Shown here: piece by piece, positions 19,652 to 29,730 of the stretch
Layout: each line of letters begins with the position of its first letter
Numbering within the stretch: position 1 is the stretch's first letter
Assembly: GCA_018364485.1 (NCBI GenBank)
Contig: JAGZLX010000001.1
Coordinates: forward strand, 435 to 64,434
Source: Granulicatella adiacens
GTDB lineage: Bacteria > Bacillota > Bacilli > Lactobacillales > Aerococcaceae
Length of the DNA stretch: 64,000 bases
Reading direction: 5' to 3'
The notes under the pieces: generated by a model
What the model saw: only the letters and a program-made list of their open reading frames with translations
What the model was told of the DNA's origin: nothing
The model's database searches: none
Made by a program: the position numbers and the translations under genes

Positions 19652-21550
19652 ATGGTAACAACTTACGAAGCTGGAAATTATGATGTAGTTGTCGTTGGTG
19701 CAGGACATGCCGGCAGTGAAGCGGCGCTAGCAAGTGCACGTATGGGCGCAAAAACATTATTACTGACAATGAACTTAGAAATGGTGGCCTTCATGCCATG
19801 TAACCCATCTGTAGGCGGACCTGCCAAAGGGGTTGTCGTGCGTGAAATCGACGCTCTTGGGGGCGAAATGGGTCGCAACATCGACAAAACGTATATTCAA
19901 ATGCGTATGCTCAACACTGGGAAAGGCCCTGCCGTACGTGCCTTACGTGCGCAAGCGGATAAGCATTTATACGCGCAAGAAATGAAGAAGACAATCGAGA
20001 AGCAAGAAAACTTGGATTTACGCCAAGGGATTGCGGAAGAGTTGATTGTGGAAGACGGCGTATGTAAAGGGGTTATCACGAATACGGGTGCCATCTACCG
20101 TTCAAAAGCGGTGGTCTTAACGGCTGGAACTTCTTCTCGTGGTCAAATTATTATCGGTGAATTGAAATATTCATCCGGTGCGAATAACTCTCAACCATCG
20201 ATTAAATTATCAGAGAACTTACTCGAATTAGGCTTCGAATTGGCGCGTTTCAAAACAGGAACTCCGCCACGTATCAAAGGCTCATCGATTGATTACAGTA
20301 AAACAGAAATTCAACCAGGGGATGATACGCCAAACTTATTTAGTTTCACTTCAAAAGACGAAGACTACCGCTACGACCAAATCCCTTGCTGGTTAACGTA
20401 TACGAACGAACAAACGCATGAAACGATTCGTGAGAACTTACACCGTGCACCGATGTTTACAGGGATTGTCGAAGGGGTCGGCGCGCGTTACTGTCCATCG
20501 ATTGAAGATAAAATCGTTCGTTTCAGCGACAAACCTCGTCACCAAATTTTCCTAGAGCCAGAAGGGGAAAATACGGAAGAAGTATATATTCAAGGGTTGT
20601 CGACTTCGCTTCCAGAAGACGTGCAAATCAAGATGATTCGTAGCGTGGAAGGGTTAGAAAATGCGGAGATGATGCGTACGGGTTACGCCATCGAGTACGA
20701 TGTGGTCGTGCCGCACCAATTGAAAAACACCTTTGAAACAAAACTAGTCCAAAACTTATTCACTGCCGGACAAATGAACGGAACGAGTGGATATGAAGAA
20801 GCAGCAGGGCAAGGGCTCTACGCTGGGATTAATGCCGTGCGTAAAATTCGCGGAGAAGAGCCATTTATTCTTGGCCGAAGCGACGCGTATATCGGCGTAT
20901 TGGTCGACGACTTGGTCACAAAAGGAACGACAGAACCTTACCGTCTATTGACCTCTCGTGCGGAATATCGTCTATTACTTCGTCATGACAATGCCGATTT
21001 ACGTTTAACAGAAAAAGGACGCGAGCTTGGATTGATTGACGACGAACGTTATGCCGCCTTCCAAGCAAAACAAGAAGCGATTGGAGCCGAAATCAAACGG
21101 ATGCAATCGATTCGCTTGAAGCCAACTGCTCAGTTACAGGCATTCTTGGCGGAAAAAGGGTCTGCGGAATTGAAAGACGGCATCCTTTTAAGCGACTTGT
21201 TGAAACGTCCAGAATTATGCTATGACGAATTAGTGGGCTTTGCCGGAGAAACGGTGGAAGTCTCTCGTGAAGTGAAAGAACAAGTAGAAATCTCGATTAA
21301 ATACGAAGGCTATATTGCCAAAGCGATTGAAAAAGTTGAGAAATTAAAACGCATGGAAGCCAAACGAATTCCAGCCAATATCGACTATGATGCGATTAAT
21401 GGGCTTGCGACAGAAGCGCGTCAACGTTTGAAATTGATTCAACCAGAAACGATTGCGCAAGCAAGCCGTATTAGTGGGGTGAACCCAGCTGACGTATCGA
21501 TCTTGATGGTCTATATCGAACAAGGCAAGATTGCTAAAGTACAAGAATAA
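19652..21550 (+). CDS. mnmG: tRNA uridine-5-carboxymethylaminomethyl modification enzyme MnmG (GidA)
   Basis: FAD-binding motif [16 protein letters not shown]; about 630 aa; SD AAGGAG upstream of ATG 19652. Confidence 0.95.
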   Translation: MVTTYEAGNYDVVVVGAGHAGSEAALASARMGAKTLLLTMNLEMVAFMPCNPSVGGPAKGVVVREIDALGGEMGRNIDKTYIQMRMLNTGKGPAVRALRAQADKHLYAQEMKKTIEKQENLDLRQGIAEELIVEDGVCKGVITNTGAIYRSKAVVLTAGTSSRGQIIIGELKYSSGANNSQPSIKLSENLLELGFELARFKTGTPPRIKGSSIDYSKTEIQPGDDTPNLFSFTSKDEDYRYDQIPCWLTYTNEQTHETIRENLHRAPMFTGIVEGVGARYCPSIEDKIVRFSDKPRHQIFLEPEGENTEEVYIQGLSTSLPEDVQIKMIRSVEGLENAEMMRTGYAIEYDVVVPHQLKNTFETKLVQNLFTAGQMNGTSGYEEAAGQGLYAGINAVRKIRGEEPFILGRSDAYIGVLVDDLVTKGTTEPYRLLTSRAEYRLLLRHDNADLRLTEKGRELGLIDDERYAAFQAKQEAIGAEIKRMQSIRLKPTAQLQAFLAEKGSAELKDGILLSDLLKRPELCYDELVGFAGETVEVSREVKEQVEISIKYEGYIAKAIEKVEKLKRMEAKRIPANIDYDAINGLATEARQRLKLIQPETIAQASRISGVNPADVSILMVYIEQGKIAKVQE

Positions 21551-21560
21551 GGAGGCGCGT

Positions 21561-22274
21561 ATGAAACCAGAAGAATTTTATCAAAGACTCCAAGAAGTGC
21601 ATGGGATTACATTATCAGATGTACAAAAGAAGCAGTTCGACCAATATTTCCATCTATTAGTGGAATGGAATGAGAAGATGAACTTGACGGCGATTACGGA
21701 TGAAGAAGGCGTGTATTTGAAGCATTTCTATGATTCATTGGCGCTTGGATTCCACCACGAATTGACGGGCCAAACACTTTGCGATGTGGGTGCGGGTGCA
21801 GGATTTCCAAGTATTCCGTTAAAAATCGTCTTCCCAGACTTGAAGGTGACGATTGTGGATTCGTTGAATAAACGTATTACCTTCTTGAATACATTAGTGG
21901 AGACACTTGGGTTAAAGGATGTGCAGTGTTTCCATGACCGCGCTGAAACCTTTGGGCAAAATAAAGATTTCCGTGCATCGTTTGATGTGGTGACTGCTCG
22001 TGCCGTTGCCAAACTCAGTGTATTGAGCGAATTTTGCATGCCGCTCGTGAAAAAGCAGGGGTATTTCCTTGCGTTAAAAGCCGCGCATACAGAAGTGGAG
22101 TTGGAAGAAGCGAAAAAAGCGATCGCGATTCTTGGTGGGAAAGTAGAAGGGGACGTCTCTTTCGACTTACCATATGAAGGCGGAAACCGTCATGTTGTTA
22201 CGATTTTAAAGATGAAGGAAACGCCGAATAAGTATCCAAGAAAACCAGGTCTTCCATTGAAGAAGCCATTATAA
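21561..22274 (+). CDS. rsmG: 16S rRNA (guanine527-N7)-methyltransferase RsmG (GidB)
   Basis: SAM-binding motif ([15 protein letters not shown]); SD GGAGG upstream of ATG 21561; follows mnmG. Confidence 0.9.
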   Translation: MKPEEFYQRLQEVHGITLSDVQKKQFDQYFHLLVEWNEKMNLTAITDEEGVYLKHFYDSLALGFHHELTGQTLCDVGAGAGFPSIPLKIVFPDLKVTIVDSLNKRITFLNTLVETLGLKDVQCFHDRAETFGQNKDFRASFDVVTARAVAKLSVLSEFCMPLVKKQGYFLALKAAHTEVELEEAKKAIAILGGKVEGDVSFDLPYEGGNRHVVTILKMKETPNKYPRKPGLPLKKPL

Positions 22275-22291
22275 CCAAAGGAGGGAGAACG

Positions 22292-22978
22292 ATGAAAAGA
22301 GCTCACTTAGGAATGATGACGCTACTAGCACTAGTATTAGGTGCTTGTGGAAATGGACAGACGAAAGACGCAGGTGCCGAGACGTCGCAAGTGACGCAAG
22401 CTGCTACGACGGCAGCCCCAACGACTGAGACTACGACAACCGTTGCGCCTAAACCAGATAATAAAGAATTGTACGCGAAAGTCTTCGAAGATATCCGCAC
22501 CGTGAAAGAATTGGGCGCAGATGTGGCAGGAAAACTCAATGTACCGCTTGAATATTGGGCGGCCAACAGCTTGAATAAGCAAAAAGAGTCGCTGCAATAT
22601 TTATTCTATGACATCAACGACGATGGAGTGGATGAATTGTTTATCGGACATACTGCAAACGGCAAACCATTCACGGTCGTGGCGTACTACTTAGATGGCA
22701 AGACTCCAAAAATCTTGCATCAAAGTTACGTTGCCGAAGCGGGTGGAGCTAGAAGTGCCTTTAGTTTCTTCAAAGGCGGATTGCTCTACACAGTTGAATT
22801 CTTGTCTGGAACAGGAAATGGAGATGCTAAAGTGTTCAAACTGGAACCAAAAGGAGCAGGGTTGACGCTAGTAAATGCTTTGAAATTCGAAAAAATGCAA
22901 TTCAAACTAGAAGACCTAGAATTGAAGCAAGAAGATACCATCGATTTAACAAAGATGGATTGGAAAGAGTTTAAATAA
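22292..22978 (+). CDS. hypothetical lipoprotein (228 aa)
   Basis: Signal peptide plus lipobox (LVLGAC) and a Thr/Ala-rich linker; terminator downstream. Confidence 0.6.
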   Translation: MKRAHLGMMTLLALVLGACGNGQTKDAGAETSQVTQAATTAAPTTETTTTVAPKPDNKELYAKVFEDIRTVKELGADVAGKLNVPLEYWAANSLNKQKESLQYLFYDINDDGVDELFIGHTANGKPFTVVAYYLDGKTPKILHQSYVAEAGGARSAFSFFKGGLLYTVEFLSGTGNGDAKVFKLEPKGAGLTLVNALKFEKMQFKLEDLELKQEDTIDLTKMDWKEFK

Positions 22979-22983
22979 TCAAG

Positions 22984-23018
22984 GAACTGCTAACACAGGA
23001 GGTTAGCAGTTTTTTTAT
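22984..23018 (+). terminator. rho-independent terminator
   Basis: aactgctaacacaggaggttagcagttttttt. Confidence 0.7.
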
Positions 23019-23135
23019 TCCATAAAAGTGAAATAACATCTCAGCATCTTGATTTAAAATAAGTTTGTGATAAAATTAACTTGAGGAAATGAAGATAGTT
23101 TTGTGAATGGTGTACTTGATGGGAGATGAAAGAAT

Positions 23136-23393
23136 ATGTTCCTAAAAAAACTATGGCGATATCTCTGGGAGGATTTACCATCTAGAACAGTTTGGCAACC
23201 TTTAATGATACAATTCTGTTTAGAAATGGGACTATTCTTTTCAGGAGTTTTTTCTAAGGATATGCAAGCGCAATATTGGATAGTAACATTTGCTTTAGTT
23301 AAACTTGCTAAATTATATTCGAATAAACCAGTTACTAGAATGTATTTTTATACGGAGTATTTCGGAATTTTTTGGTTTTTAAATAGACAATAA
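23136..23393 (+). CDS. hypothetical small protein (85 aa), doubtful
   Basis: ORF in an AT-rich spacer with a weak SD (GGGAGA); Trp/Phe-rich, no homology recognised. Confidence 0.25.
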   Translation: MFLKKLWRYLWEDLPSRTVWQPLMIQFCLEMGLFFSGVFSKDMQAQYWIVTFALVKLAKLYSNKPVTRMYFYTEYFGIFWFLNRQ

Positions 23394-23399
23394 TGACAA

Positions 23400-23445
23400 A
23401 AAGCTTTCTGCCTCAGATTAGTTGAGGTAGAAAGCTTTTTTATTA
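23400..23445. terminator. bidirectional terminator
   Basis: aaaagctttctgcctcagattagttgaggtagaaagctttttt sits between convergent genes. Confidence 0.6.
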
Positions 23446-23468
23446 GAAATAATAATAGAATGGGCGCA

Positions 23469-24470
23469 CTACGCGTTAAATTTATTTAAGATACTTTCGA
23501 TATTTTTGATGAGTACCGAAACAGAGCCGTCTGGATTGTTGATGAATTCGACCATCTCCTTGTTTTCGTAGATTTCACTTGGAATAGTAATCTCGATTCC
23601 GTTGTCGAGTTTGAATTTTTGCTTGCTATATTTGCGTTCGTATTTTGGCACGTTCGTTACGGCGATTTTTTCTGGAACGCGTTCTTCGGTGATGGCCAAC
23701 TGTGCGGCTTCACGTGCGAGCGGTTTTTCCTCGAACACCTTGTCGAAGATGGCTGCGGCGTCGATTTCGTCCTGTTCTTCAAGTTGGTGGAAGATGGCTT
23801 GTTGCGTCGTTGCCAGCGCTTTGTACGGTTCCTCGTCGTGTTTTTTCGCGATATGAGTGACCGTTTTTTTGATTTCCTTGATTTGTTCTTTCGTTGTGAC
23901 TGGCACCGTGATTTCTAAGAATTTTTCAGAGAAATAGGCCGTCTTTTGCCCTTCGATGACTACTTTTTTCTCGATTAAGTGGTAGTTTCCGTTCGATAAA
24001 TCCACGATGAAAGCTTCCGAAGGTTTTTGCGTCGCGTTTGGCAAGATAGCGTGGTTTTGTAAAATCGTATTGCTAACGGCTTCGCCTTCGTAATCGACAA
24101 AGTGAGTGACTTTTGAACTGTAATCGAGGCGAATCATTCCAAAGAGTGTCCCACCTGTATCGCTTGTTCCTGTAAAGAATAAGTAGTCTGCTGGTCCGAT
24201 TTCTTCTGCTGGAGCAATCAGAGCAAAGAGCTTGTCTGCTAACTGTTGCGTCTTTTCTAAGAAAGAAATGCCTTCGTCTGCCAGATACCCAAGAAGCGGT
24301 TCGTCTGCAGCCAATTGACCGATATGCGGGTCGCCTTTTTTGATTTTATCTACGAGTTTTGTAATGTATTCAATGAGAAATGGGTCGCCCAGTTGCAGTG
24401 GGGCCTGTGATAAGAGTAAGTTCCCTGAATTTTTATCTAAAATATGTAAAACGGCTTCGTTAATGAGCAT
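23469..24470 (-). CDS. nucleoid-associated protein, YejK/NdpA (NA37) family-like
   Basis: 333 aa; N-terminal pattern (AVLHILDK...) resembles NdpA (IALHQLIK...); size and charge distribution fit the family. Assignment is from memory of the family only. Confidence 0.5.
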   Translation of the reverse strand: MLINEAVLHILDKNSGNLLLSQAPLQLGDPFLIEYITKLVDKIKKGDPHIGQLAADEPLLGYLADEGISFLEKTQQLADKLFALIAPAEEIGPADYLFFTGTSDTGGTLFGMIRLDYSSKVTHFVDYEGEAVSNTILQNHAILPNATQKPSEAFIVDLSNGNYHLIEKKVVIEGQKTAYFSEKFLEITVPVTTKEQIKEIKKTVTHIAKKHDEEPYKALATTQQAIFHQLEEQDEIDAAAIFDKVFEEKPLAREAAQLAITEERVPEKIAVTNVPKYERKYSKQKFKLDNGIEITIPSEIYENKEMVEFINNPDGSVSVLIKNIESILNKFNA

Positions 24471-24556
24471 GAATGTGCTCCTTTCCTATTTCATTCGATA
24501 GAAAATATTATATAATAGAAAAATAGATTTGTAATGAAAAACGAGGGGAGTGCGCC

Positions 24557-25096
24557 ATGACGGTTTTAACGAAGATAGAAACACCATTAGGAACCGTAAT
24601 TGCATCCAGTGACGGGCAGTCGTTGACGGGATTATGGTTTGCAGGGCAAAAATACGAATGCGCCTTTGTGGAAAAACCAATATGGGACGATTCGTTGCCG
24701 TTGTGGAAGAATGTGAAACACGCGCTGGAAGACTATTTCCAAGGAGTGGACGACGTAACTTCATCAGTGCCGATTGAATTTGTAGGAGGGACAGCTTTCC
24801 AAAAAGCGGTGTGGGCCGTGTTAACAGAAATTCCCTATCAAACCGTGTGGACGTATAAAGACGTGGCCGAACGTGTCGGCGAAAAGCTAGGACGAAAGAC
24901 TTCCTCGCGTGCGGTGGGGACAGCGATTGGAAGAAATCCAATCAGTCTCTTTGTACCATGTCACCGCGTCGTAGCCACAACAGGAGCATTAACGGGCTAT
25001 GCAGGAGGCGTGGAGCGAAAACGCGCGCTGCTTGCTCTTGAGGGGCATCGCATCACAAAAGACAAAGTGTCGAAAGGAGAAAGGCATGAAGCTTAA
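24557..25096 (+). CDS. ogt: methylated-DNA--protein-cysteine methyltransferase (Ogt)
   Basis: Active-site motif VPCHRVV; 179 aa. Confidence 0.85.
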   Translation: MTVLTKIETPLGTVIASSDGQSLTGLWFAGQKYECAFVEKPIWDDSLPLWKNVKHALEDYFQGVDDVTSSVPIEFVGGTAFQKAVWAVLTEIPYQTVWTYKDVAERVGEKLGRKTSSRAVGTAIGRNPISLFVPCHRVVATTGALTGYAGGVERKRALLALEGHRITKDKVSKGERHEA

Positions 25097-26063
25097 AATT
25101 GCAAAGGTCATTGTATCGGCGTTTGTGGCGCTACTCGTGGCACAGGCACTGAACTTAACGACGCCATCCGCGGCAGCCATTATTGCGATTCTCAGTGTCA
25201 TGGACACGAAGAAAGTTTCGCTTGCGGCAACAGGGCAAAGGCTTGCGGCAGCCGTTTTGGCGCTTGTCATTGGCATGGGGATATTCGCTGTTTTTGGATT
25301 CGACGTAATCAGTTTCGGGCTGTATCTTCTTTGCTACATTCCCTTAGCGTATCTTTTAAAAGTGGATATCGGCGTGGCGCCAAGTACCGTCCTTGTGATT
25401 CATCTTTGGACGCAGCAACAACTCACTTTCACCCTCTTCGTCAATGAACTCTTGCTTGTCACTATTGGCGCAGGCGTGGCGATTTTACTGAACTGGTATA
25501 TGCCGTCGTATCGCCAAGAGATCGAACGTGTTCGAGAGGAAATCGAGGATAAAATGCGTGAGGTTCTCTTGAAGATGTCGGGATTCCTGACGATTGGAAA
25601 TGGGAAAAATGATGGCGAAGTGCTTCAGTTGTTGAAGGAAAAATTGAGCGAGGCACGCGAATATGTCCGGCTCGAAGCAGAGAACCATTTAACCAAAGAA
25701 GTGACTTACGATTATCAATATTTTGAAATGCGCCGTGATCAAAGCAAGCTCTTGGAAATCATGGCCGCGAACTTAAATGAATTCCGCTGGGATGGCGAAG
25801 AGATGGCGATTCTGTCGGAGATGTTTAAACAGACCGCACAGCAGTTGGCGGAACAAAATACGGCGAGTCAATTAATCGATGACATTGAAGACTTGTTGGA
25901 ACATTTTCGCGAACGACCACTGCCACAAACGCGTTGTGAGTTCGAAAAACGTGCGCAGTTATATCAGTTATTACGCGATTTGAAACGATTTGTACAATTG
26001 AAAGTCGATTTCTTCCAAACGTATGGCGTTCATTATTTCAAGAAGGTCGGAGAAAAAGAATAG
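25086..26063 (+). CDS. membrane protein, aromatic acid exporter (ArAE/FUSC, YgaE-like) family
   Basis: N-terminal multi-TM region plus a long charged coiled C-terminus. Start chosen at ATG 25086 with SD GAAAGGAG; overlaps the ogt stop by 11 nt. Confidence 0.6.
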   Translation: MKLKIAKVIVSAFVALLVAQALNLTTPSAAAIIAILSVMDTKKVSLAATGQRLAAAVLALVIGMGIFAVFGFDVISFGLYLLCYIPLAYLLKVDIGVAPSTVLVIHLWTQQQLTFTLFVNELLLVTIGAGVAILLNWYMPSYRQEIERVREEIEDKMREVLLKMSGFLTIGNGKNDGEVLQLLKEKLSEAREYVRLEAENHLTKEVTYDYQYFEMRRDQSKLLEIMAANLNEFRWDGEEMAILSEMFKQTAQQLAEQNTASQLIDDIEDLLEHFRERPLPQTRCEFEKRAQLYQLLRDLKRFVQLKVDFFQTYGVHYFKKVGEKE

Positions 26064-26230
26064 GCCTTATTGCTCTTTGAAGAAAGGACAGGAATTAATC
26101 CGATACTTCCTTTTCAAAACAAACGATTTGAACAATTCATCTTTAACCTTGTTTTTCTATGAGAAAGACAAGGTTTTTTGCGTATTTCTGCGGATATACT
26201 AGAGCTGACACTAAAATAGGAGGATATTTT

Positions 26231-26791
26231 ATGGAAGAAAAAGGGTTAGCGGAGGTTGTCCATTTAGCAAAGGAGGATGAGGAGGAAGCAATCACCGAAT
26301 TATTGCGGCGTTTTGATCCGTTGATTATGAGCATTCATCACCATTATTTTTTTCATGAAATGGATCAGGACGATTTTGCGCAAGAGGCCCGTATTATGAT
26401 GCTTCGGGCGGTGCATAAGTACGATGAGAACCATGCCGTCTCGTTTGCCGGTTATTACCAGCGCTGCTTGAAAAATCTAGCGGTGGAGTGCCTGCGCAGG
26501 GAACACCGGCAGCGGCTCATCCCCCATGAGTTAGTCGTTCGCGGTGAAAAGGCGGAACTCGCCTTGCTCTCGGCATCGGTGGATTCGTGCGAGCGGCAAG
26601 TGCTACTGCATGAAGAGACGGAGGAGTATTTCCACCACCTTTCCCGCTTTGAAAGGGATGTGTTTTTAGGGGTGTTGGATGGTGCGACGTTTGAGGAGAT
26701 GGCGAACCATTTCGATAAATCGGTCACGTCCATCAAGGGAGCTCACAAGCGGTGCAAGAAGAAATTCAAAGACTATATTGGAGAAGGGTGA
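26231..26791 (+). CDS. alternative sigma-70 family sigma factor, ComX/SigH-like
   Basis: Region-2-like segment (DQDDFAQEARIMMLRAVHKYDENHAVSFAGYYQRCLKN) and a region-4 HTH (ATFEEMANHFDKSVTSIKGAHKRCKKKF). SD AGGAGG 7 nt before ATG 26231. Preceded by its own terminator and promoter. Confidence 0.6.
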   Translation: MEEKGLAEVVHLAKEDEEEAITELLRRFDPLIMSIHHHYFFHEMDQDDFAQEARIMMLRAVHKYDENHAVSFAGYYQRCLKNLAVECLRREHRQRLIPHELVVRGEKAELALLSASVDSCERQVLLHEETEEYFHHLSRFERDVFLGVLDGATFEEMANHFDKSVTSIKGAHKRCKKKFKDYIGEG

Positions 26792-26834
26792 CAGCTTTTA
26801 TGGTAAGATAAAGGCGAAAAAGGAGGTTTGAGTA

Positions 26835-26975
26835 ATGGATGATTTAAAAAAGAACGAAATGGATGACTGTAAGGATGTAGAAGTAACCATTCAAGACTTG
26901 TTTGAAGAGTATGAGGGAGAACCTACAGCCGAAAAGGTAACATTATTTGAACCTGTAGGCAGAGAAAAATGGTAA
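26835..26975 (+). CDS. small acidic ORF (46 aa), not in the ORF track
   Basis: Strong SD (AAAAAGGAGG, 8 nt) before ATG 26835. Encodes MDDLKKNEMDDCKDVEVTIQDLFEEYEGEPTAEKVTLFEPVGREKW. Followed by a terminator. Confidence 0.35.
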   Translation: MDDLKKNEMDDCKDVEVTIQDLFEEYEGEPTAEKVTLFEPVGREKW

Positions 26976-26984
26976 GAGAGCATG

Positions 26985-27020
26985 GAGCAACTGGAAAAAC
27001 ATTCAGTTGCTCTATTTTTA
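26985..27020 (+). terminator. rho-independent terminator
   Basis: ggagcaactggaaaaacattcagttgctctatttt. Confidence 0.6.
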
Positions 27021-27082
27021 AGGCTATGACTACCAATCTGAAACGGTTTGTAGTACAATAGCTCGTGGCGATTTTTTTGCCG

Positions 27083-27121
27083 ATGAGGTTCGAAACCATC
27101 CCTCAATAAAAAACTAGGAGG
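27083..27121 (+). promoter_or_regulatory. preQ1-I riboswitch aptamer upstream of queT
   Basis: GAGGUUCGAAACCAUCCCUCAAUAAAAAACUAGGAGG parallels the B. subtilis queC preQ1-I aptamer AGAGGUUCUAGCUACACCCUCUAUAAAAAACUAAGG: a P1 stem GAGG/CCUC and an A-rich tail that runs into the SD. Confidence 0.65.
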
Positions 27122-27128
27122 CAGTAAC

Positions 27129-27638
27129 ATGCAAAATAAAAAAACAAAATTGATTGTGATTAACGCAATCGTCGCAGCGCTATATGTGGTCGTAACATCT
27201 TTAACAGCATTTATGTCATTTGGAAATATTCAATTCCGTATTGCGGAAATGTTGAACCACTTATTCGCTTTTGACAAAAAATACGGAATCGGTGTGGTTG
27301 CCGGTGTATTACTTGTCAACTCAGTATTTATGTCAGCGTCTGGTCTAGGTTGGTATGACTTAGTATTCGGATTAGGACATTCTATTATTTCATTCGCTAT
27401 CAGCGCGCTTATTTTCAAATCAGTGAAAGACGTTAAAACACGTATGTTTGTTTTAGCAGGCGTCTTCAGTGTGATGATTTTCTTAGTAGCGATTGAATTG
27501 AACTTAGCGCTAGAATTACCATTCTGGTTAAGCTATGGCGAAACATTCTTTGGCGAAATCGTCGTATTATTAGCGGGTATTCCGTTGATGACGGCATTAA
27601 ACAAAGCCATCGATTTGAAAAAATTAATCAATGATTAA
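27129..27638 (+). CDS. queT: queuosine precursor transporter QueT (ECF-type S component)
   Basis: 169 aa, 5-6 TM segments, QueT signature (NAIVAALYVVVT...QFRIAEMLNHL); preQ1 riboswitch immediately upstream. Confidence 0.75.
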   Translation: MQNKKTKLIVINAIVAALYVVVTSLTAFMSFGNIQFRIAEMLNHLFAFDKKYGIGVVAGVLLVNSVFMSASGLGWYDLVFGLGHSIISFAISALIFKSVKDVKTRMFVLAGVFSVMIFLVAIELNLALELPFWLSYGETFFGEIVVLLAGIPLMTALNKAIDLKKLIND

Positions 27639-27734
27639 TCAACAGACGTCCGAGCACGATGCTTGGGCGTTTTTTGATTGCAAGAACTCGCTATTTTATG
27701 TAGAGTTAAGAGGAGACCTAAAGGAGGAATACAA

Positions 27735-28373
27735 ATGGAGTTATTAAGCATTCCAGTAGGACGTTTAGAAGAAAATGTCTACTTTTTAATTGATGATAAT
27801 AAAGAAACAGTGATTTTTGACCCAGGTGCACAAGCCGAGGACATCAAAGAACTAATTAAAGAAGAAGGATTGAAGCCTGTAGCGATTGTGTTAACGCATG
27901 CGCACGGAGACCATATCGGAGCCGTTGACGCGCTTCGTGAAGAGTACAGTATTCCAATGTATATGAACGAGTTGGAGAAAGTATTTTTACACGATCCAGA
28001 ATTGAACCGTTCATACTACTCTGGCGAAAATATTACAGCGAAGCCAGCGGACGGTTATTTCCCTAAAGAAATGGGCAAATGGAAAATCGGAAGCTTTGAA
28101 CCAGAATTAGCTCATATTCCAGGACATTCACCTGGTGGAACGATCTTCATTTTCAGAGAAAATGGATTCGTCATCGGTGGAGACGTGATGTTTAAAGGCA
28201 GCGTTGGACGTAGTGATTTCCCATACGGAAGCCATAAAGAGTTAATGGAAGGCATCCACAAATACTTATTGCCATTACCTACTGAAACAGTGATTTTCCC
28301 AGGACACGGGGAACCAACAACGCTAAAAGATGAAATTGCGACAAACCCATTCTTAAATGGCGCAACAAGATAA
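27735..28373 (+). CDS. MBL-fold metallo-hydrolase (glyoxalase II-like)
   Basis: HxHxDH motif (LTHAHGDHIGA); SD AAGGAGG before ATG 27735. Confidence 0.8.
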   Translation: MELLSIPVGRLEENVYFLIDDNKETVIFDPGAQAEDIKELIKEEGLKPVAIVLTHAHGDHIGAVDALREEYSIPMYMNELEKVFLHDPELNRSYYSGENITAKPADGYFPKEMGKWKIGSFEPELAHIPGHSPGGTIFIFRENGFVIGGDVMFKGSVGRSDFPYGSHKELMEGIHKYLLPLPTETVIFPGHGEPTTLKDEIATNPFLNGATR

Positions 28374-28384
28374 GAGGCGAAATT

Positions 28385-29167
28385 ATGATTTTTGATACGC
28401 ATACGCATTTAAATGTATCTGCGTTTGAAGGTGAAGAAAAAGAGGTCATCGCGCGTGCAAAGGAACTAGCAGTGACGCGTTTTGCGGTGGTGGGATTCGA
28501 TACAGACACGATTACGCGAAGTCTGGAGCTGAGCGAAGAGTTCAAAGAAGTGGTTTCGATTATCGGATGGCATCCAACCGAAGCTTACCAGTACAATAAA
28601 GAAATCGAAGAATGGCTACAGGAACGCTTGACGCATCCGCAAGTGGTTGCGATGGGGGAAATGGGACTGGATTATTATTGGAAAGATTCAACGCCCGAGG
28701 AACAAGATAAGGTGTTCCGTCGCCAAATTGCGATTGCTAAAGAAATGAAACTGCCGATTGTGATTCATAACCGCGATGCTACTGAAGATTGCTACAAAAT
28801 TCTAAAAGAAGAAGGTATTCAAGACATCGGGGGCATTATGCATAGTTATAATGGGGACGTAGAATTTATGAAGCGTTTCTTAGACTTAGGCATGCATATT
28901 TCCTTTAGCGGTGTGACGACGTTCAAAAATGCGCCGCAAGTACGCGAATGTGCAAAATTAGTTCCATTCGACCGTATGTTAGTGGAAACCGATGCACCGT
29001 ATTTAGCGCCAGTGCCTTACCGTGGAAAGAGAAACGAACCCGGCTATACGCGCTATGTGGTTGAAACAATTGCCAAAGAACGTGGTCTTTCTTGGGAAGA
29101 AGTGGTAGCTCAAACGACACAAAATGCCATCAAGCTATTCCGCATGGAAGAAAGAGGCTTGTTATGA
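28385..29167 (+). CDS. tatD: TatD-family deoxyribonuclease (YabD)
   Basis: MIFDTHTHLN N-terminus and the TatD metal-binding pattern; 260 aa. Confidence 0.9.
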   Translation: MIFDTHTHLNVSAFEGEEKEVIARAKELAVTRFAVVGFDTDTITRSLELSEEFKEVVSIIGWHPTEAYQYNKEIEEWLQERLTHPQVVAMGEMGLDYYWKDSTPEEQDKVFRRQIAIAKEMKLPIVIHNRDATEDCYKILKEEGIQDIGGIMHSYNGDVEFMKRFLDLGMHISFSGVTTFKNAPQVRECAKLVPFDRMLVETDAPYLAPVPYRGKRNEPGYTRYVVETIAKERGLSWEEVVAQTTQNAIKLFRMEERGLL

Positions 29168-29730
29168 ATCCAGTCATTGTGGTAGAAGGGCGAGATGATA
29201 CAAGACGCTTGAGAGAAATCTATCCGGATATCGAAACGATTGAAACGAACGGGTCGGCGATTGACGAAGAAACGATTGCACTCATTCAAAAGGCGCTGCA
29301 AACGCGTGAAGTGATTGTATTTACGGACCCTGATTATCCTGGAACTCGTATTCGAAACATCATTCAAGAGCGCGTACCTGGCGTGAAACATGCCTTTATC
29401 GAACGCGCAGAAGCCGTCAGAAAAGACAATCATAAGAGTCTCGGGGTGGAACACGCGAGTACCGAAGCCATCCAGCGAGCGCTCGAATCGGTGCATGAGA
29501 TTTCAACAGAACTCGGAGAGCCAGTGATTTCGCAGGCAACACTGATGGCGCTAGGGTTTATCGGACGACCAGATTCAGCAACGAGACGTCAAAAAGTGGC
29601 GGATTTTCTAAAAATTGGCCATACGAATGGAAAACAGTTCGCGAAAAGATTACAATTATTTGGTATTACAGAAGAACAATTAAGGGCGGCACTCGAGGCT
29701 GTCTTAGAAAATGAGGACAAATATGAATGA
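29164..29730 (+). CDS. rnmV: ribonuclease M5 (RnmV), TOPRIM domain
   Basis: [12 protein letters not shown]...[14 protein letters not shown] motifs; ATGA overlap with the tatD stop. The tatD-rnmV-ksgA order is conserved in Firmicutes. Confidence 0.85.
   Translation: MNPVIVVEGRDDTRRLREIYPDIETIETNGSAIDEETIALIQKALQTREVIVFTDPDYPGTRIRNIIQERVPGVKHAFIERAEAVRKDNHKSLGVEHASTEAIQRALESVHEISTELGEPVISQATLMALGFIGRPDSATRRQKVADFLKIGHTNGKQFAKRLQLFGITEEQLRAALEAVLENEDKYE

Noticed and set aside
23602-23918. Two plus-strand ORFs (84 and 99 aa) antisense to the YejK-like gene
   Set aside because: They are embedded antisense frames without an RBS. Their Phe/Leu-rich composition comes from the sense gene's Lys/Glu codons.
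27085-27100. A tRNA-like GGTTCGAAACC segment suggesting a tRNA fragment or integration site
   Set aside because: No acceptor or anticodon arms can be built around it. It is better explained as the loop of the preQ1-I aptamer upstream of queT.
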